Below, in pieces: positions 63,460 to 64,000 of a stretch of DNA of 64,000 bases. The DNA is taken from positions 263,275 to 327,274 of the forward strand of contig NZ_JAPSJL010000001.1 of assembly GCF_031178195.1 (NCBI RefSeq), in the 5' to 3' direction. Under the pieces are notes generated by a model that had not been told where the DNA came from, did not search any database, and saw nothing but the letters and a program-made list of their open reading frames with translations. The translations under genes and the position numbers were made by a program. Every line of letters starts with the position of its first letter. The stretch's first letter is position 1. The DNA is from Zhihengliuella sp. (GTDB lineage: Bacteria; Actinomycetota; Actinomycetes; Actinomycetales; Micrococcaceae).

Positions 63460-64000
63460 TGGCGGCGGACGAGCAGGACCGCCGCCGTGATCGTGAGCAG
63501 CGCACCGCCGACGGCCAGCGCCGCGAGGCCCGGTCCCGCCAGGGAGGCTCCCTCCACGCCCACGGCCCCGGTGTGGTCGGCGTCGAGGCCGTCGCCGTCC
63601 GGAGTCCCCGGCCCGGCCCCCGCGCTGCTCGTCGGGTCGGAGCCGGCCGGCGCGGAACCCTCCGCGGCCGACGACGCCCCGCCGTCGGAGGACTGCGCAC
63701 CGGCGTCCGCCGAGGAACTCGTGCCGGACCCGGGCGCACCCGAGCCGCCCGCGTCCGAGTCGCCCGCGTCCGTGCCGCCGGGGCCCTGACGGTCCCCTCC
63801 CGCGTCGCCGGATCCGCCCGGCCCGGTTCCGCCGGGGCCCTGGCCGCCGTCGTCCGCCGAGGCCCCCGAGCGGTCCGTCGCGGATCCGCCGGCGCCCGGG
63901 CCCGCTGGATCGGTCGGGGCCGGGTCACCGCTCGACGCGGGCGTCGCCCCGGGTGCCGGATCCGGCGCGGCACCGTCCGGATCGGCACCGTCCGGATCGG
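63447..64000 (-). CDS. Partial (5' end outside the window) Pro/Ala/Gly/Asp-rich protein with a C-terminal TM helix and basic tail
   Basis: Own translation (open at the edge, not in the track): DPDGADPDGAAPDPAPGATPASSGDPAPTDPAGPGA....SLAGPGLAALAVGGALLTITAAVLLVRRHRSQ*. Confidence 0.45.
   Translation of the reverse strand, partial: DPDGADPDGAAPDPAPGATPASSGDPAPTDPAGPGAGGSATDRSGASADDGGQGPGGTGPGGSGDAGGDRQGPGGTDAGDSDAGGSGAPGSGTSSSADAGAQSSDGGASSAAEGSAPAGSDPTSSAGAGPGTPDGDGLDADHTGAVGVEGASLAGPGLAALAVGGALLTITAAVLLVRRHRSQ

Noticed and set aside
63447-63560. Calling the right-edge protein an LPXTG sortase substrate
   Set aside because: The motif before the TM helix is LAGPG and lacks the Thr-Gly scissile pair. 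I report only the architecture, not a sortase-substrate call.

Overview
High-GC (about 70%) actinobacterial chromosome segment (Micrococcales-like codon usage and gene content), densely packed with catabolic operons. All calls come from reading the sequence and ORF translations; no database search was possible.

Left to right:
- SulP/beta-carbonic anhydrase fusion gene, cut by the window edge.
- L-lactate module: lldR-lldP divergent from lutABC, with four TGGTC-n-GACCA operators.
- Actinobacterial-type L-rhamnose regulon split into two loci. These are rhaM plus an MFS transporter, and rhaI / alpha-beta hydrolase / rhaEW / rhaB divergent from a LacI regulator. Both loci carry the same 12-mer operator.
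- A 5.7 kb block sits between the two rhamnose loci: WYL regulator, two DinB-fold genes, two tandem secreted S1 peptidases and a remnant of a third.
- Orphan FAD aromatic hydroxylase, Gly-rich protein, MarR plus MFS pair.
- PucR-mmsA-aminotransferase (beta-alanine/3-aminoisobutyrate) module, HAD hydrolase, RamB-type regulator.
- Purine catabolism: xdhABC, NCS2 permease, guaD.
- Secreted metallophosphoesterase.
- A 1.5 kb low-GC islet encoding a prodomain-less matrixin-like protease and a lipoprotein, next to an IS481-family element.
- Gamma-glutamylation-type ethanolamine/amine utilisation operon with a GntR regulator.
- GntR plus MFS pair with a 22-bp palindrome, AlkD-like gene, aceA-aceB, and a partial Pro/Ala/Gly/Asp-rich membrane-anchored protein at the right edge.

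I found no rRNA, tRNA or CRISPR, and no recognisable defence system.

Observations most worth follow-up:
- The low-GC protease/lipoprotein islet.
- The in-frame, stop-less junction between the hydrolase and rhaEW.
- The promoter plus 16-codon ORF plus repeat-bearing leader of xdhA.
- The 19-bp hairpin with 30-nt iterons in frame with the gene upstream.
- Recurrent 15-17 nt tandem repeats that reiterate stop-codon contexts.
- A palindromic 14-mer shared by two distant stem-loops.
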